Assembly: GCA_020184695.1 (NCBI GenBank)
Contig: JAANOX010000026.1
Coordinates: forward strand, 1 to 64,000
Length of the DNA stretch: 64,000 nt
Direction of reading: 5' to 3'
Source of the DNA: Histomonas meleagridis 2922-C6/04-290x
Lineage: Eukaryota > Protista > Parabasalia
Positions 42,782 through 53,700 of the stretch are shown here, piece by piece. The notes below the pieces were generated by a model, which saw nothing but the letters and a program-made list of their open reading frames with translations, had not been told where the DNA came from and did not search any database. Both the position numbers and the translations under genes were made by a program. Within the stretch, counting starts at the first letter, position 1, and each line of letters opens with the position of its first letter.

Positions 42782-44113
42782 ATGATAAATGAAGTTTATT
42801 ATAAAAGTGCCATATGGGACACCCCACAAAAAATAAACGCATTTTATATGTTGAGGGTAGGATACAATGCAAACACAGCAAAAAATGTTTGCTTACTTGT
42901 ATCACCTCTTATCGGAATAATTGATGCGATATATGTATTAATTATATCAACAGATAAGCATTGGATGTTTTTTATTGGTCCAGCGATATGTGTATATGCG
43001 ACATTTTCTCTTGTTTTGTCAATAGCTACATTCACTATATTGATTTATATATTTTTTTTTATCACAGAAAGATATCAACAATTTTTAGTTCATTTAACTT
43101 TTTTCTTTACATTGGTTGCCATTTTCTTTAACGTGTTAATTTTATTATCAACATCTGTTAAAAAACAAATTGAGTGTTTGTTTCAAGTAGAATATCAAAT
43201 TGAACAAAATGTATCTTCTTATCACGTACTCGATTTTACATCAATTTACAGAACACCTGATCAAATTCAAAGCTTTGTCAGGTTACATACAATACAACCA
43301 CATGACATAATTTTTATTTCATTAATAATTTGGATTTTTCTTTTAATATATTCATATTCAAATATTTTTAATTCCACACCAAAACCAAAAGTTATTACAC
43401 AAGAAAACATTTTAGGACAAGAATTCGAAGCAAATGAAGAATCAATAACATATTCACAACCACTTAATCAAAATGATCTTCATGAAGAAGATAAAGAAGA
43501 AGAAGAAAAACAAAATTTTGAAGAAGCGCATTCAGATTATTCGCACAATTCTTCTACAACACAAAACGAAATTGATTTAAATGTTATATCAGATCATTCA
43601 CAGGAAACAAAGCCAAAAGAATTCGAAGAAAAAATAAATAATATCAAATCAGAGCATTCACAAGAAAAAGATGTAAAACAAAGAGAAGAAATCGAATCAG
43701 AAAGTTCACCATTAAAAATAGAACAACAAGAAACGCCATATATAGATAATAAAAAAGGAAGAATTTATGTTCCAAAACGAATTCATCCGATGGATATTCA
43801 TGAGGAAAAAGTATATAGATTGGATGAATCATATGTTAATAATGAGAAACAAAAACAAAATAAAAATAAAGCGCAAAATGATAAGAAATATTTCTTAAAG
43901 AAACAAAATGACAAAATGTATATAACGCCATCAAAGTTTAAGCAAAGTTGGCATAACCAATTTGCTGATACTTCTTTAAATCCAAATTCAACATTGTCTC
44001 CGAGAAGAAATAGGACAAAACAAAACCAGTCATCAAAGACACTCCAACGTATATCTTTCTCTTTTTCTTCATCTAGTGATTCACATTCATATTATGATGA
44101 CTCCGATTATTAA
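42782..44113 (+). CDS. Membrane protein: ~4 N-terminal TM helices plus low-complexity charged tail
   Basis: Hydrophobic segments in the first ~200 aa and an E/K/Q/S-rich C-terminus; ATG at 42782. Confidence 0.75.
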   Translation: MINEVYYKSAIWDTPQKINAFYMLRVGYNANTAKNVCLLVSPLIGIIDAIYVLIISTDKHWMFFIGPAICVYATFSLVLSIATFTILIYIFFFITERYQQFLVHLTFFFTLVAIFFNVLILLSTSVKKQIECLFQVEYQIEQNVSSYHVLDFTSIYRTPDQIQSFVRLHTIQPHDIIFISLIIWIFLLIYSYSNIFNSTPKPKVITQENILGQEFEANEESITYSQPLNQNDLHEEDKEEEEKQNFEEAHSDYSHNSSTTQNEIDLNVISDHSQETKPKEFEEKINNIKSEHSQEKDVKQREEIESESSPLKIEQQETPYIDNKKGRIYVPKRIHPMDIHEEKVYRLDESYVNNEKQKQNKNKAQNDKKYFLKKQNDKMYITPSKFKQSWHNQFADTSLNPNSTLSPRRNRTKQNQSSKTLQRISFSFSSSSDSHSYYDDSDY

Positions 44114-44313
44114 CCGTTCGGCTTTTCTGATCTTTACATAAATTTGAAAGTACGACAGTGACAATTTTCTATTTCATAACTTTATTTTTTACATTGCATC
44201 AGTCAAAAAAAATTGTTTTTTTCCTTTTTGATTGAAAACAAGCTAAAACAACAAAACAAATCTAGACATTTGACGTGAAATTTGCAAAAAAAAAATGTCT
44301 TAGCAATGTTTAA

Positions 44314-44670
44314 TTATTTGAACCAAAAATTGGTATCACGTGCTTTTTGTTTCTCTGCATTCACGATCTCACCTATTGCTAATAAGTCGCCATATGTAGC
44401 TTTTCCGTTTTCCATATCTTTAAAAACTTTTCTTTCCATTACTTCAGCTTTTCTCTTTCGAACATCTGGATTATCATCTTTTTCAAATATTGGCTCTACG
44501 TTCTTCGACCTACCAAAGTCAAGATTCATGAATTTTTTGTCGTTATATATCATATCAATTGTCTTATCATTAACACCAAAAATATCAAAGATATTATCGC
44601 TAAGTCCAAGCAAACTAGGAGCGCTGTATTGATCCTCGAAGCCTGAGTTAGATGATTCTTCTGCACCCAT
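44314..44670 (-). CDS. Hypothetical 118-aa protein with possible N-myristoylation (MGAEES)
   Basis: ATG ORF with protein-like composition; the overlapping plus-strand ORF looks like its shadow. Confidence 0.7.
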   Translation of the reverse strand: MGAEESSNSGFEDQYSAPSLLGLSDNIFDIFGVNDKTIDMIYNDKKFMNLDFGRSKNVEPIFEKDDNPDVRKRKAEVMERKVFKDMENGKATYGDLLAIGEIVNAEKQKARDTNFWFK

Positions 44671-45088
44671 AAAAAATAATGAAGTGTTTTCAGACTTTAA
44701 ATTTTGCTTGTATTATATTTTGCCATTTAACCAAATTTCTATAATATGTTTTGCCATATGACAAATTTTATTTTGAATAGGTTATGTCAACAATCTTGGT
44801 CGGCAACATTCTAAGTAAATTCATCATATGATTGAACAGAATGTTATCCTGCAATATTATTTATTATAACTACATTCTGATCCCAAAATCTCACAACACT
44901 ACAATAATATGTTTCCAATTCAAGTTGGATTCTTGGTTTTTTATTTTTTCTGTCTGCAAAAATCAAAATGATTAAAAAAATGCCAATTCATAAAAACAGG
45001 ATTTTAATGGAAAATTCTAAGAGACAAAAATTACAAGTAAAATCATTGGTATATTAATATAAAAAGTTATTATTATCATGTTTTATAT

Positions 45089-45736
45089 TTATTTGCAGCA
45101 TGTGTTATTCTGCTGTGGGCGCGACGTCTCAGAGATGTCGACACCAGGATTGAGGTCGCGAGAATTCTCGCTTTCGATGTTATTATTTACGATGTAATTC
45201 ACTAATGAGTAAATTGCTTCGTCGAGATTTGTTCCTTCTTTGGCAGATGTCTCAAAATAATCAAGGAAATTATTCTCCTTTGCATATTCTTCGATCTCTC
45301 TTTTCTTTGTTGGCCAATTATCGCTTGATGTAATGAGATCTATTTTATTGCCAATAAGTAATGTCGGAATTGGCTTACCTTCTGATGTTTGTACTTTTTC
45401 ATCAATGTCCTTCTTCCAAATTTTCGTCATGTCAAAGGTAGCACTACGTTTAACATCGAAAACTACTAGGGCACCAATAGCTTCTCGATAATAAACACTT
45501 GTCATGTTACCAAAGCGCTCTTGGCCAGCAATATCCCATAACTGAACATTTGCATTTGAACCATTTTCTGCTTGAATTGTTTTGCTTGCAAAATCAACAC
45601 CTATTGTGATTTTATAGAATTCAGAAAAATTACCATCAACAAATTTCCGAATCATTGAAGTCTTTCCAGTTCCCATGTCCCCTACAACAATAATCTTCAC
45701 TATCTTTTGTGTGGTTTCTCCTTCATCATCTTCCAT
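45089..45736 (-). CDS. Rab32/38-like small GTPase
   Basis: GDMGTGKTS, TIGVDFA, WDIAGQERFGNMTSVYYREAIGA (WDIAGQERFGNM is typical of Rab32/38), NKID, ETSAK and C-terminal CCK. Confidence 0.9.
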   Translation of the reverse strand: MEDDEGETTQKIVKIIVVGDMGTGKTSMIRKFVDGNFSEFYKITIGVDFASKTIQAENGSNANVQLWDIAGQERFGNMTSVYYREAIGALVVFDVKRSATFDMTKIWKKDIDEKVQTSEGKPIPTLLIGNKIDLITSSDNWPTKKREIEEYAKENNFLDYFETSAKEGTNLDEAIYSLVNYIVNNNIESENSRDLNPGVDISETSRPQQNNTCCK

Positions 45737-46339
45737 GTTTCGATTTGGATCGTTTTCTTCCTTTCAAATTTTTATCGTCAATTGAAAAGTGCTGTAATTT
45801 GAACGCATGAATTTTAACAAACTCTGTTTAATTTACGTTTTTGCCCTTGAAGAATCCTCCAGATTTATTTTGTGGGATTTTCTATAAATATAACGAATTA
45901 AATTTTTTTTTGTTGATCAGTTATACTATTCGCTTCAATAAATAAAGAATTTTTAGATATGAAAACTTTGTTTTTTGGTTCGATTTCTCCAAAACTTTAC
46001 TTTTTGTGGGTATAACCGTTTAAAAAAGTCATTCAAATTAAAGTGGCGTCAAAATATTTTGGAAATCTCAGTTTTATTTATAATGGCCAAATGAAAATAA
46101 ATCAGTATAAAATACAATAATGCAATACATAACATTGTTTATTATATCAAAAGGCTAAATAAAAATTTTGTGTATTTTTCAAATTTTTGTTCACATTGTT
46201 TTTATTTGATCTAGAAATTGGCTTAATATATTTTATTGAAAATATATTGTTAATTAGAATCATATTTTTACATTTTAGTGCAACAACTTTTTCTAAAAAG
46301 AAAGATATAAATTCTTGGAATTGTTTCATTTCTTTTGTG

Positions 46340-46672
46340 TCAGCACCAATTTTAGCAGCAGAAAATGGACTTCAGTATACTAAAGTAGTTAAATTGCTTC
46401 TTGATCAAGATGGAATTGATATAAATGCAACTGATATTTACTATTTTTATTTAATTTTTATTACAATTTTTTTATGTTTAACATAAATTTTTGTACAATC
46501 AGCTCTACGTTGTACCGCAAATAAAGAAATTGCTGATTTAATTAAGGAAAAATTAAATGATCCTAAAATCAAAAATATGATAATTAGGCCTAAACATAGG
46601 GAAATGGAACGTTTATCCTCCGAATATACACTGAGTGACTATTCATCTTTATCCTCGGATGGGTGTTCATGA
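46340..46672 (+). other. Interrupted ankyrin locus: module, 63-nt spacer with in-frame stop, terminal module with tail
   Basis: SAPILAAENG...LLLDQDGIDINATD (to 46435), spacer 46436-46498 with TAA at 46484-46486, then SALRCTANKEIADLIKE... to TGA at 46672. Confidence 0.75.
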
Positions 46673-47105
46673 TTATTCACTTTAACCATCAAAAGAAACC
46701 ATAGTTAATTAACTAAAAAATGATTGATCTTTAAAAAAAATTCTAAAGCATATTTATTTATATTTAAATAAGTCATATGAAAAATTTTCCCTTTACAGTA
46801 ACGAGACCCAATTGCAGGTTGGAAAGTCAAATAAATATCAGAAACACCATTCTTTTCTTCTGTTCCTTTACTTTAATGCCTATTATGAATTCTCAACACC
46901 ATATTTATTTTATGCAATTTTTTATGAAAATAACAAATTAAATTTTTCTTTATTGATCAAATATACTATCTAAAAAACATCTTTTCGATTCTATAACAAT
47001 TTTTGTGCTAAATTGTAAACTTATAAATTTCAAAAAAGTAAAAGACGTTATAGTTTAAACGGTCATGCCATAAGGCCACCCCAATATTCCTTCTTTTATC
47101 AATAA

Positions 47106-49202
47106 ATGGAATCAAATGAAACAAATGCGTCAATATTTTCAATATCTCATGTAAAAGCAGCTATTCAGAATTCCAATGTTGCAAATGCTATGGGAGAGTA
47201 TGAAAAAGAACTTCAAAATATAACTAATCCATCCCAAAGAGTTGATTTACTTATAAATCACGCTTTTGCAGCTCTTTCTTTAGAAATGACAAATCTTGCA
47301 ATAGCCGATATGGATAAAGCAATCTCTCTTCAACAATCTTTACTTAAAGTTTATTTTACAAAAGGTGTTGCCCATCTTTGGAACAACAATGAAGATGCTG
47401 CTCTTTCATCTTGGCGTAATGGTCTTGAATATACTGGAGACATTTCGTTTTATGTATTACTTGTATCTTTTATAAATGATTCCAATTTTCGTGCACATGT
47501 ATTTCATCTTAGATTCTCAGTTTTAAGTTTACTTGAGCTTTTAGAAGATTGGAAATCGCCCAAAAAATTCACAGAAAGCGACACACAGAATGCATTTGCT
47601 GAATTACGTTCCGATTCTATAAAAGTTGCAATTGATCATTTTACACAAATCCTTCAATGTGATCCCAAGAATTACCAAGCATACAAAGGTCGAGGTATTG
47701 CTTATTGTCTTATAGGGGAATGGAATAATTGTATTAATGACATTAGTGAAAGTTATAAATATGTAGGATCAACTGCAGCAGCCAATACCATACGTTCAAT
47801 TGCATATTTAGCAACTAATCAACTTGCTAAAGCGCTTACAGATCTCCAATTATATCTTTTAAATTATCCTGATGACCACGAAGTCACATTAGAAGTTGCA
47901 AAACTTCAAATGCTCCGTGGGGTACCCCACAATGCCTTAACGTACTTTATGAAAGTTCCGCTTTCATCGTTTGATTCAAATTCATTGCTATCGTTTGCGG
48001 GTTGTCTTTATTCAAATGGTGAAATCAACAATTCAATGAAAATATTAGAAATGGTTACTGAACCATTTTCTAGTGATCCTGAATATTATTTAATTCAATT
48101 TTTAATTAATAGAGATTTAAATAAAGTCGATGAAGCAATTAAATCGGTAACACAATTAACAACAATTAGTTCGAATCCAAAATATAAACAAATTGCATTT
48201 AATTATTATTATGAACTTGGTTATTTAAATAAATCACTTGAAATTTATGAAGAAGTTCCACAAAATAATCAAAGATATTTACGAGCGAAATATCTTTTAG
48301 AAACTCAAACTGTTAATAATGATCAAACAATTAAAGAAATGATTAAATATTCCGAAAAAATAGGCGAAAAATGTTTACCAAATGTTATTGGCTATTTAAA
48401 AAATCGAAGACTTATTCGAGTTATTGGATTTTGTACATTTTATATCATTAATCAAATCAAACAAAAGAATTTAAATTGGAACGAAATACGAAAAAACATT
48501 TTAATACTTTTAGATTCTATTGGTGATATATTAGATGTTGACAACAACGTTCCGATATATTACATAATAAAAAATAGTTCAACTTCGCCGCAATACACAA
48601 AAATGAAAGAAATCGCATTTAAATCGTTAAAGAGTTTGTTTCCGGATGAAATATGTGAAACATTCGAAGAAATGTATCAAATTTCTCAATCGAATATTTC
48701 ATTAAGACCTAAACTTGAAATAGATGAAACCGAAATAGAACTTCCTTCATTACATCTAAGATATTCAGGTGTTTATGGATTCGATTTATATGTTAAATCG
48801 CCGAAAGTTAAAAATGTTTATGAAATACAATTACAAAAATCTTTCGAAGAATTAAATGTTGATGAAAATGATTATCAACATATTATTAAACTCGTTTTCT
48901 TCATTTGGATGAGTCAAACATTTGGTATATACTCTAATGAAATTGGACAAATGTTTTTACACGCATTTGTTTTATGTAAAGATAAATCAGAATTAAATCA
49001 AATCGAAAATGTTTTGTTTATGAAACAATTATTACATCCTGATATTAATGATTTATCCAATATTTTAAATGAGTTTATTAATGGTAATAAAAATAAAGTT
49101 GATTTGAACGAAGAAATATTAAAATATTGGTCGAAATTGCCCGAATTAAATGAAATTTTATCATTTTCGGCTTTCGATAATGACGATGATCAAAAACAAT
49201 AG
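47106..49202 (+). CDS. TPR-repeat protein, SRFR1/TTC13-like
   Basis: TPR consensus (AIDHFTQILQCDPKNYQAYKGRGIAYCLIGEW). The N-terminal HAF..L...AIADMDKAI...YFTKG.A......A...W..G pattern recalls SRFR1/TTC13; family call tentative. Confidence 0.75.
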   Translation: MESNETNASIFSISHVKAAIQNSNVANAMGEYEKELQNITNPSQRVDLLINHAFAALSLEMTNLAIADMDKAISLQQSLLKVYFTKGVAHLWNNNEDAALSSWRNGLEYTGDISFYVLLVSFINDSNFRAHVFHLRFSVLSLLELLEDWKSPKKFTESDTQNAFAELRSDSIKVAIDHFTQILQCDPKNYQAYKGRGIAYCLIGEWNNCINDISESYKYVGSTAAANTIRSIAYLATNQLAKALTDLQLYLLNYPDDHEVTLEVAKLQMLRGVPHNALTYFMKVPLSSFDSNSLLSFAGCLYSNGEINNSMKILEMVTEPFSSDPEYYLIQFLINRDLNKVDEAIKSVTQLTTISSNPKYKQIAFNYYYELGYLNKSLEIYEEVPQNNQRYLRAKYLLETQTVNNDQTIKEMIKYSEKIGEKCLPNVIGYLKNRRLIRVIGFCTFYIINQIKQKNLNWNEIRKNILILLDSIGDILDVDNNVPIYYIIKNSSTSPQYTKMKEIAFKSLKSLFPDEICETFEEMYQISQSNISLRPKLEIDETEIELPSLHLRYSGVYGFDLYVKSPKVKNVYEIQLQKSFEELNVDENDYQHIIKLVFFIWMSQTFGIYSNEIGQMFLHAFVLCKDKSELNQIENVLFMKQLLHPDINDLSNILNEFINGNKNKVDLNEEILKYWSKLPELNEILSFSAFDNDDDQKQ

Positions 49203-49301
49203 AATTATAACTTTTTGTTAAGAACGATGGAGATTCTATGATAAAACGGTCGTTTGAAATTTAACACAACTTTGTTCGGATTAGAAGGAACATTTTTGGG
49301 A

Positions 49302-52300
49302 ATGGAACTTTTAGCTCAAGAGGGAACTCAAATTGACATATCAGTACTTGATATGGCAACAGGGTATACTGTTAGCTCAAATAACGTAGAGGTTCAACAA
49401 ATTATGAAAATATTAGATGCTTTTACTAATCGTTCCGATTTGATTTTTAATGCTCCCGCTATCCTCAATTCAAACTGTTCAGTAAATTCGAAGTTTTATG
49501 TTTTAGTTGGTGTTTTACATCAAATTCCAAAAATTTGGTCGAACTTACCTTTAGACTTTCAAGAAATGTTTAAAGGATTCATTTTTCAATTTAATTTTTT
49601 TGTTGTTGAACAGAATTATCAGCCATTAATATCAATGTCAAATGATATTATTGTTGCAATCGCTAAAATAGAGTATCCAGATTGGATAAACTTCATACCA
49701 ACCCTTATTGATTCGATTAATAACAATTTAAATTACCATAAAAATGTATGTTGTATAATTGGTCGGTTTGCAGAAGAGATAAAGAATTCTGAAAATGTAT
49801 CAATAACGAGTGCTCATGCAAGTGAAATGAAGAATTCATTTATCGCCGATTTTCCTAAGATTATGGACTTAATTCGATCACTTCTTCAATTCACTGATTC
49901 ATTTGACGTTGTATCGGTTGGATTGAATACTTTACGCGACTGTATACAATTATTACCACTTCAAAACATATTTACATCAGGAATTCTTGAATTTATATGT
50001 CAAAACTTTTTAGTCATCCCAAACTTAATTATTCCATCCATCGAAGTATTAGAGAAAGTTTTATCATTAGTTGGAAATAATGATGAATTTAATCAAAGTT
50101 TTATTAATTTATTTAAAGTTATAGTTACATCATTAGATTCAATCTTTACAGAAAATTTTGATTTTTCAATTCAACATCCATTTATTGATACATTTATATT
50201 AACAATTCCCGATTTCTTACGAAGTGCACGATTTATAATGGATGAAGAAGATAACATTAAATATGTCTTAAAATGCGTTTCATGGATATTTACTATTACA
50301 TTAAATGGTAATCCGAATATATTCCCAAAACTTGCGACGTTTTGGAGCTCATTAATACGGAATTATTATTTCAATCATAAAAGTAAATATAATGGTAACT
50401 TTGATGAGATTGCGAAATCATATTTTCCATATCTACAAAAATATTTTATACGGAATTTTCCACAACCATTTAAAATTATATCATCATTTGATAATTATCA
50501 AAATCCGATTTTAATGTATTCACAAGAAAGTCCTTTATTTTCTACTTATAAAGATGTACGTGAAATCATTGTATTATTAACTAATATAAACTTAGAAATG
50601 TCATTACATATATTTGATGAATTATTCCAAGAAATATTTACATCGAATAACATTCAATTAATTAATAGTTTTTGTTATAGTTTTAGTTGTATTTCAGCTA
50701 TATTAAATGATGAAATTTCATATAATTATTTGATTAAATATATCAAAACATTACTCGAAATGATTAATGCAATCGAAGATATTAAAATCAAATCTGAATT
50801 AATTTCCGATTTTTTATTCATTTGTACAAATTATTATGACATTTTAAATAAGTTTTGGAAACTTCTAAAAGTTGTACTCTTTAAAACAATCGAATTCATG
50901 CAAGAAATTCAAGAAGTACCTGAGTTATCTATAATTGCTACACAAACATTTGGTATATTATTAGAAAGAACTTATCGAATACTTTTATTTCCACAAATTG
51001 ACGAAACTGAATCATTCATTCAACAATTGTTTAAACTTTTACCACAAATTTTACCAAAAATATCACAACAAAATTCGTTGAAATTGATTTCTGATATTTC
51101 ATTATTAATTAAAAAGATCCAAAATGAAAATGATAAACAAAATTATATCAATTTATTGTCGAATTATATCATACAACAAATTCAACAATTAATAACTAAT
51201 GTACAACAATTTGATATAAACTTTAATCGAACTTTAACATTTTTCATTCGATTTTCGAAAGCATTTAATAGTAAAATACTTAACAAAAATTTGTTCCAAA
51301 CAATTTATGGATTAATAATACAATTTATACCAAATTATTCAAATTCATTATATCAAACGACAAATGAACAAATTATAATATCACAATTAAATGTTAAACT
51401 ATCAATGATTAGTTTCATTAAATCATTTCTTAAATATGTACCTGACATTAATGATATTATTAATGTCATATTACCTGATTCGATATTTATATTAGCACAA
51501 GATTATTATAATTTACAAATTCATTTTAAATCGCCAAAAACTATCGAAATATTTTCAATATTAATAAAAAGATTAAATGAAATATTTGTTAATTATATAC
51601 CACAAATATTCCAATTAATATTTGACCCAACATTAGAATTAATTAATAATTATAATGAAAACATGAATTTGTTTTACGATATTTCTTACTTTTGGCGTTA
51701 TATAATATGTTTTATAGGTTCTTTAGTGAAATATCAAATAACAATTTTCATGAACTTTAATAAAGATCAAATTAATTTGTTGCTACAAACCGTAATCAAA
51801 GGTTGTTTCTCTTTAAATCATACAATTAGTAAAACTTCTTTATTAGTAATATTAGAAACATATAAAGGTTTCTTACGTTTGCCACAAAACGTTTCAGAAG
51901 CTATCATCAAAGAAAACGTTTTGGCAACGTTTATGGCAATTATACAACTGTCAACCGATACGATACACAAGTACGATATAATGAACCAATTGAAGGTTTT
52001 GTATAGTTTACTATCGTTAAGACAATTACGCGAACAAAGTAATTCAATTTTGGTGTTCTTCGAAGAGGTGTACCCCGTTCTATCGGCCGAACAAAGCTCT
52101 CAAATGTTGGTCGAAATTTATATGGCAATTGATAATAATGATAAGCAAAGGTTTGCCGAAATTATTGTTAACTTTATAATAACTGTCTCTAATGTTTCAC
52201 CAATGGATCCGGATTTAATGAAGTTGGGTAATAATCAAATTGATTTAGAAAGACAAGCATTAAGTAATGTGCCTGGTTTGACTAATCCATTAGAGCCACC

Positions 52301-52364
52301 ACAAAATGAAAAATATGAAACATTTGAGAAATTGTCAAATGAGATTTCGAGCTTTTCATTATGA
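49302..52364 (+). CDS. Divergent exportin-1/CRM1-like karyopherin
   Basis: AKIEYPDW.NFI, the segment FWKLLKVVLFKTIEFMQE (cf. CRM1 [18 protein letters not shown]) and C-terminal VPGLTNPLE; ATG at 49302. Confidence 0.8.
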   Translation: MELLAQEGTQIDISVLDMATGYTVSSNNVEVQQIMKILDAFTNRSDLIFNAPAILNSNCSVNSKFYVLVGVLHQIPKIWSNLPLDFQEMFKGFIFQFNFFVVEQNYQPLISMSNDIIVAIAKIEYPDWINFIPTLIDSINNNLNYHKNVCCIIGRFAEEIKNSENVSITSAHASEMKNSFIADFPKIMDLIRSLLQFTDSFDVVSVGLNTLRDCIQLLPLQNIFTSGILEFICQNFLVIPNLIIPSIEVLEKVLSLVGNNDEFNQSFINLFKVIVTSLDSIFTENFDFSIQHPFIDTFILTIPDFLRSARFIMDEEDNIKYVLKCVSWIFTITLNGNPNIFPKLATFWSSLIRNYYFNHKSKYNGNFDEIAKSYFPYLQKYFIRNFPQPFKIISSFDNYQNPILMYSQESPLFSTYKDVREIIVLLTNINLEMSLHIFDELFQEIFTSNNIQLINSFCYSFSCISAILNDEISYNYLIKYIKTLLEMINAIEDIKIKSELISDFLFICTNYYDILNKFWKLLKVVLFKTIEFMQEIQEVPELSIIATQTFGILLERTYRILLFPQIDETESFIQQLFKLLPQILPKISQQNSLKLISDISLLIKKIQNENDKQNYINLLSNYIIQQIQQLITNVQQFDINFNRTLTFFIRFSKAFNSKILNKNLFQTIYGLIIQFIPNYSNSLYQTTNEQIIISQLNVKLSMISFIKSFLKYVPDINDIINVILPDSIFILAQDYYNLQIHFKSPKTIEIFSILIKRLNEIFVNYIPQIFQLIFDPTLELINNYNENMNLFYDISYFWRYIICFIGSLVKYQITIFMNFNKDQINLLLQTVIKGCFSLNHTISKTSLLVILETYKGFLRLPQNVSEAIIKENVLATFMAIIQLSTDTIHKYDIMNQLKVLYSLLSLRQLREQSNSILVFFEEVYPVLSAEQSSQMLVEIYMAIDNNDKQRFAEIIVNFIITVSNVSPMDPDLMKLGNNQIDLERQALSNVPGLTNPLEPPQNEKYETFEKLSNEISSFSL

Positions 52365-52629
52365 TTGTTTTTAAAAATTAAAATAAATTGTATTTACTCA
52401 TTAAAGATATTTGATTAAAATGTTAATATTTTGTTTTTAGATAATTTTCTTTTTTTTTTTTTTTGCTTGTTGCGAATACTGTAACAGCCGTTTTTGTGCT
52501 AATCGTTTTTTTACACAAAAATGACTTTTCAAATTAACGATGTGAGTTTTTCTGATTTCTCAAAATAATTTTAATGTAAACGCCACTTTTTAAACAGCGT
52601 CGGCTATAAAAAAGTTATAACAAAAGGAA

Positions 52630-53700
52630 ATGAAGAAAACGGAACAAACGCCAAAAAAAGGAACAACCGGATTGGTTATATCCCTTACACAGCCACCTTC
52701 TATTGAACCTATTGTTAGGACTTCCCAATTTCCTTTTGAAAGTTTTGGTGATTCTCTTCATTTCCCTCCACCATCACTTCGTTTCGGATATAGCACTGAT
52801 AACATTTGGTACTCTCATGTCCCAATGACAATATTTCTCACTGTTGTCAATCTTCGTGTACAAGAAATCAAAGAACTTGTCCTCACCTTAAAAATATATC
52901 AAAACAAAACAAAATTACTTCAAGTTGTCGAGCCTGTTCAAGGTACTGTTGGATCTCAATGTTCTTTTTCACATCAATTCAAAACCAAAATTGTCGAGAA
53001 AAATTGCTCAATTAAAGTCAAAGCCACATGTTCTTACAAGGTAGAAAACATGAAGTTTACATCCAAAGCTTCTAAAATCTTTGAAATCCAAGATTCCATT
53101 ACAGTCACATATCAATCTTATAACCAACCAAATCCAATTCTTAACATAGAAGTTCAAAACAAGATGCCATGGAGTATTCAAGATGTTGAGTTTACAGCCG
53201 AGAAATCCACAATTCCAATTTCGTCATATCTTAATACTGGTGAAAAAGCCTCAAATCACTATGCGCTTTGTAACTCGATAAAGAACTTTACTATTAGTTG
53301 GGACCTACCGTTTGCCAAGAAGAACTCATTTGTCGTTGATGCAGATATTCCATTTAATTCCAATTCAATTCCTATAATATTACGAATTTCAAACGCACCA
53401 ACAGACGTCCCAATCCTCAAACCATTCAGTGCCAAAGTCACCATCACAAATATTGTTAAAAGTGCGTTATCTGGTGAAATGGGATTCAAACAGAAAACTA
53501 TGGCAATCGAACCTTTTGGAGTTAAAAACGCAGTCATCGAAGCACTGCAGCCGGGCTGTAACTTCGAAATCGATCTTTCTTTTGTCGCATTAAAACAAGG
53601 AAGCGCAAACTTCCCTTCGTTCACATTCGATTTTAAGGGATATCAAAAGTTCGAAATAACTTTAAAGGATATCATTTTGGTTGTTGGAAGTGCTGAGTAA
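52630..53700 (+). CDS. Beta-rich protein, TRAPPC13-like
   Basis: 356 aa of Ig-like beta-strand pattern; C-terminal LQPG....IDLSFVALKQG resembles TRAPP subunits. The CDS is solid; the product call is tentative. Confidence 0.55.
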   Translation: MKKTEQTPKKGTTGLVISLTQPPSIEPIVRTSQFPFESFGDSLHFPPPSLRFGYSTDNIWYSHVPMTIFLTVVNLRVQEIKELVLTLKIYQNKTKLLQVVEPVQGTVGSQCSFSHQFKTKIVEKNCSIKVKATCSYKVENMKFTSKASKIFEIQDSITVTYQSYNQPNPILNIEVQNKMPWSIQDVEFTAEKSTIPISSYLNTGEKASNHYALCNSIKNFTISWDLPFAKKNSFVVDADIPFNSNSIPIILRISNAPTDVPILKPFSAKVTITNIVKSALSGEMGFKQKTMAIEPFGVKNAVIEALQPGCNFEIDLSFVALKQGSANFPSFTFDFKGYQKFEITLKDIILVVGSAE

